A stretch of DNA of 64,000 bases from Phoronis australis (Eukaryota; Animalia; Phoronida): the NCBI GenBank assembly GCA_002633005.1, contig NMRA01000080.1:339291-403290 (forward strand), read 5' to 3'. Every line of letters begins with the position of its first letter. Within the stretch, counting starts at the first letter, position 1. Shown piece after piece: positions 63,416-64,000 of this stretch. Below the pieces are notes generated by a model. It saw nothing but the letters and a program-made list of their open reading frames with translations. It was not told where the DNA came from and searched no databases. The translations under genes and the position numbers were made by a program.

Positions 63416-64000
63416 CGGCTTCCTAGGCTAAGGCACATCAATAACTTAGCTGCCACAGTAAAAACTACGACTACTTCCGTAAACAAGTCCTTGTCTTCAG
63501 TCATTTCCTACTGTCTGTTCAGCCTTTTCATGTGAAAAACACATTTTCCGTTGTGTCAGACTTCTAATTCCGCGTTTTTTCAAATTTCCCGCACTTAGAC
63601 AGATCATTTCGTGACCTTCCTGCAATTGCCGTCCATTCGTAACTCATTGGATTATTCCGTACCATATTTGACCTTGACCGGAAGGAAGCATATTGCTACT
63701 GTGTGGCGACTTTTTGGGAAGATTTTTGTACTTTGACCGCGAATTTGTTGCGAACTCGGTCGAGCTGGACAAAATAAATGGTATTGGGAGAAAGAACAAT
63801 TCCTCATGGTTTGTTGAACCTCTGTTTTTTGGAAATTTATTGAGTTTTGTTTGCTATGGATGGCTGAAGTGAACCACCCGTGGAATTTCTAGTCCACAGT
63901 GTCATACCTTGTAGTATATATATAGAGTGTATTGGGTACGATCAGAAGCTGAGGACGCCTGTAGCCAAAGTTGTCTCTCTATGCACAAAAGCTATTTATA

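Overview
AT-rich, intron-rich animal genomic DNA, probably an invertebrate (a lophotrochozoan is a guess from repeat style, not proven). By hand splicing I reconstruct two convergent (tail-to-tail) ribonuclease genes. (1) + strand, 6 coding exons, 8236-34493, 984 aa: a Regnase/ZC3H12-family protein with the UBA-like NTD, intact PIN/NYN RNase, CCCH finger and C-terminal helical domain. An upstream exon (8236-8460), spliced over a 12.25-kb intron, adds an N-terminal region resembling the di-KH module of N4BP1/KHNYN, giving an apparent N4BP1-Regnase hybrid architecture. (2) - strand, at least 13 coding exons, 60217-39628: LAS1L, the HEPN rRNA-processing nuclease, with an intact RHxxxH motif and one GC-AG intron; its first exon was not located. 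As I recall it, the same convergent pair exists in human (ZC3H12B-LAS1L on Xq). The Regnase 3' region carries twin UAU-triloop hairpins of the Regnase/Roquin target type. The region upstream of its ATG has IRF-type motifs and a CTCF/YY1-like palindrome. Introns contain two HINE/Helentron-like elements with arrays of CTCF-consensus motifs, a Kolobok-like relic, several MITEs, LINE relics, minisatellites and a 321-bp nested palindrome. All homology calls come from recalled family motifs, not database searches.
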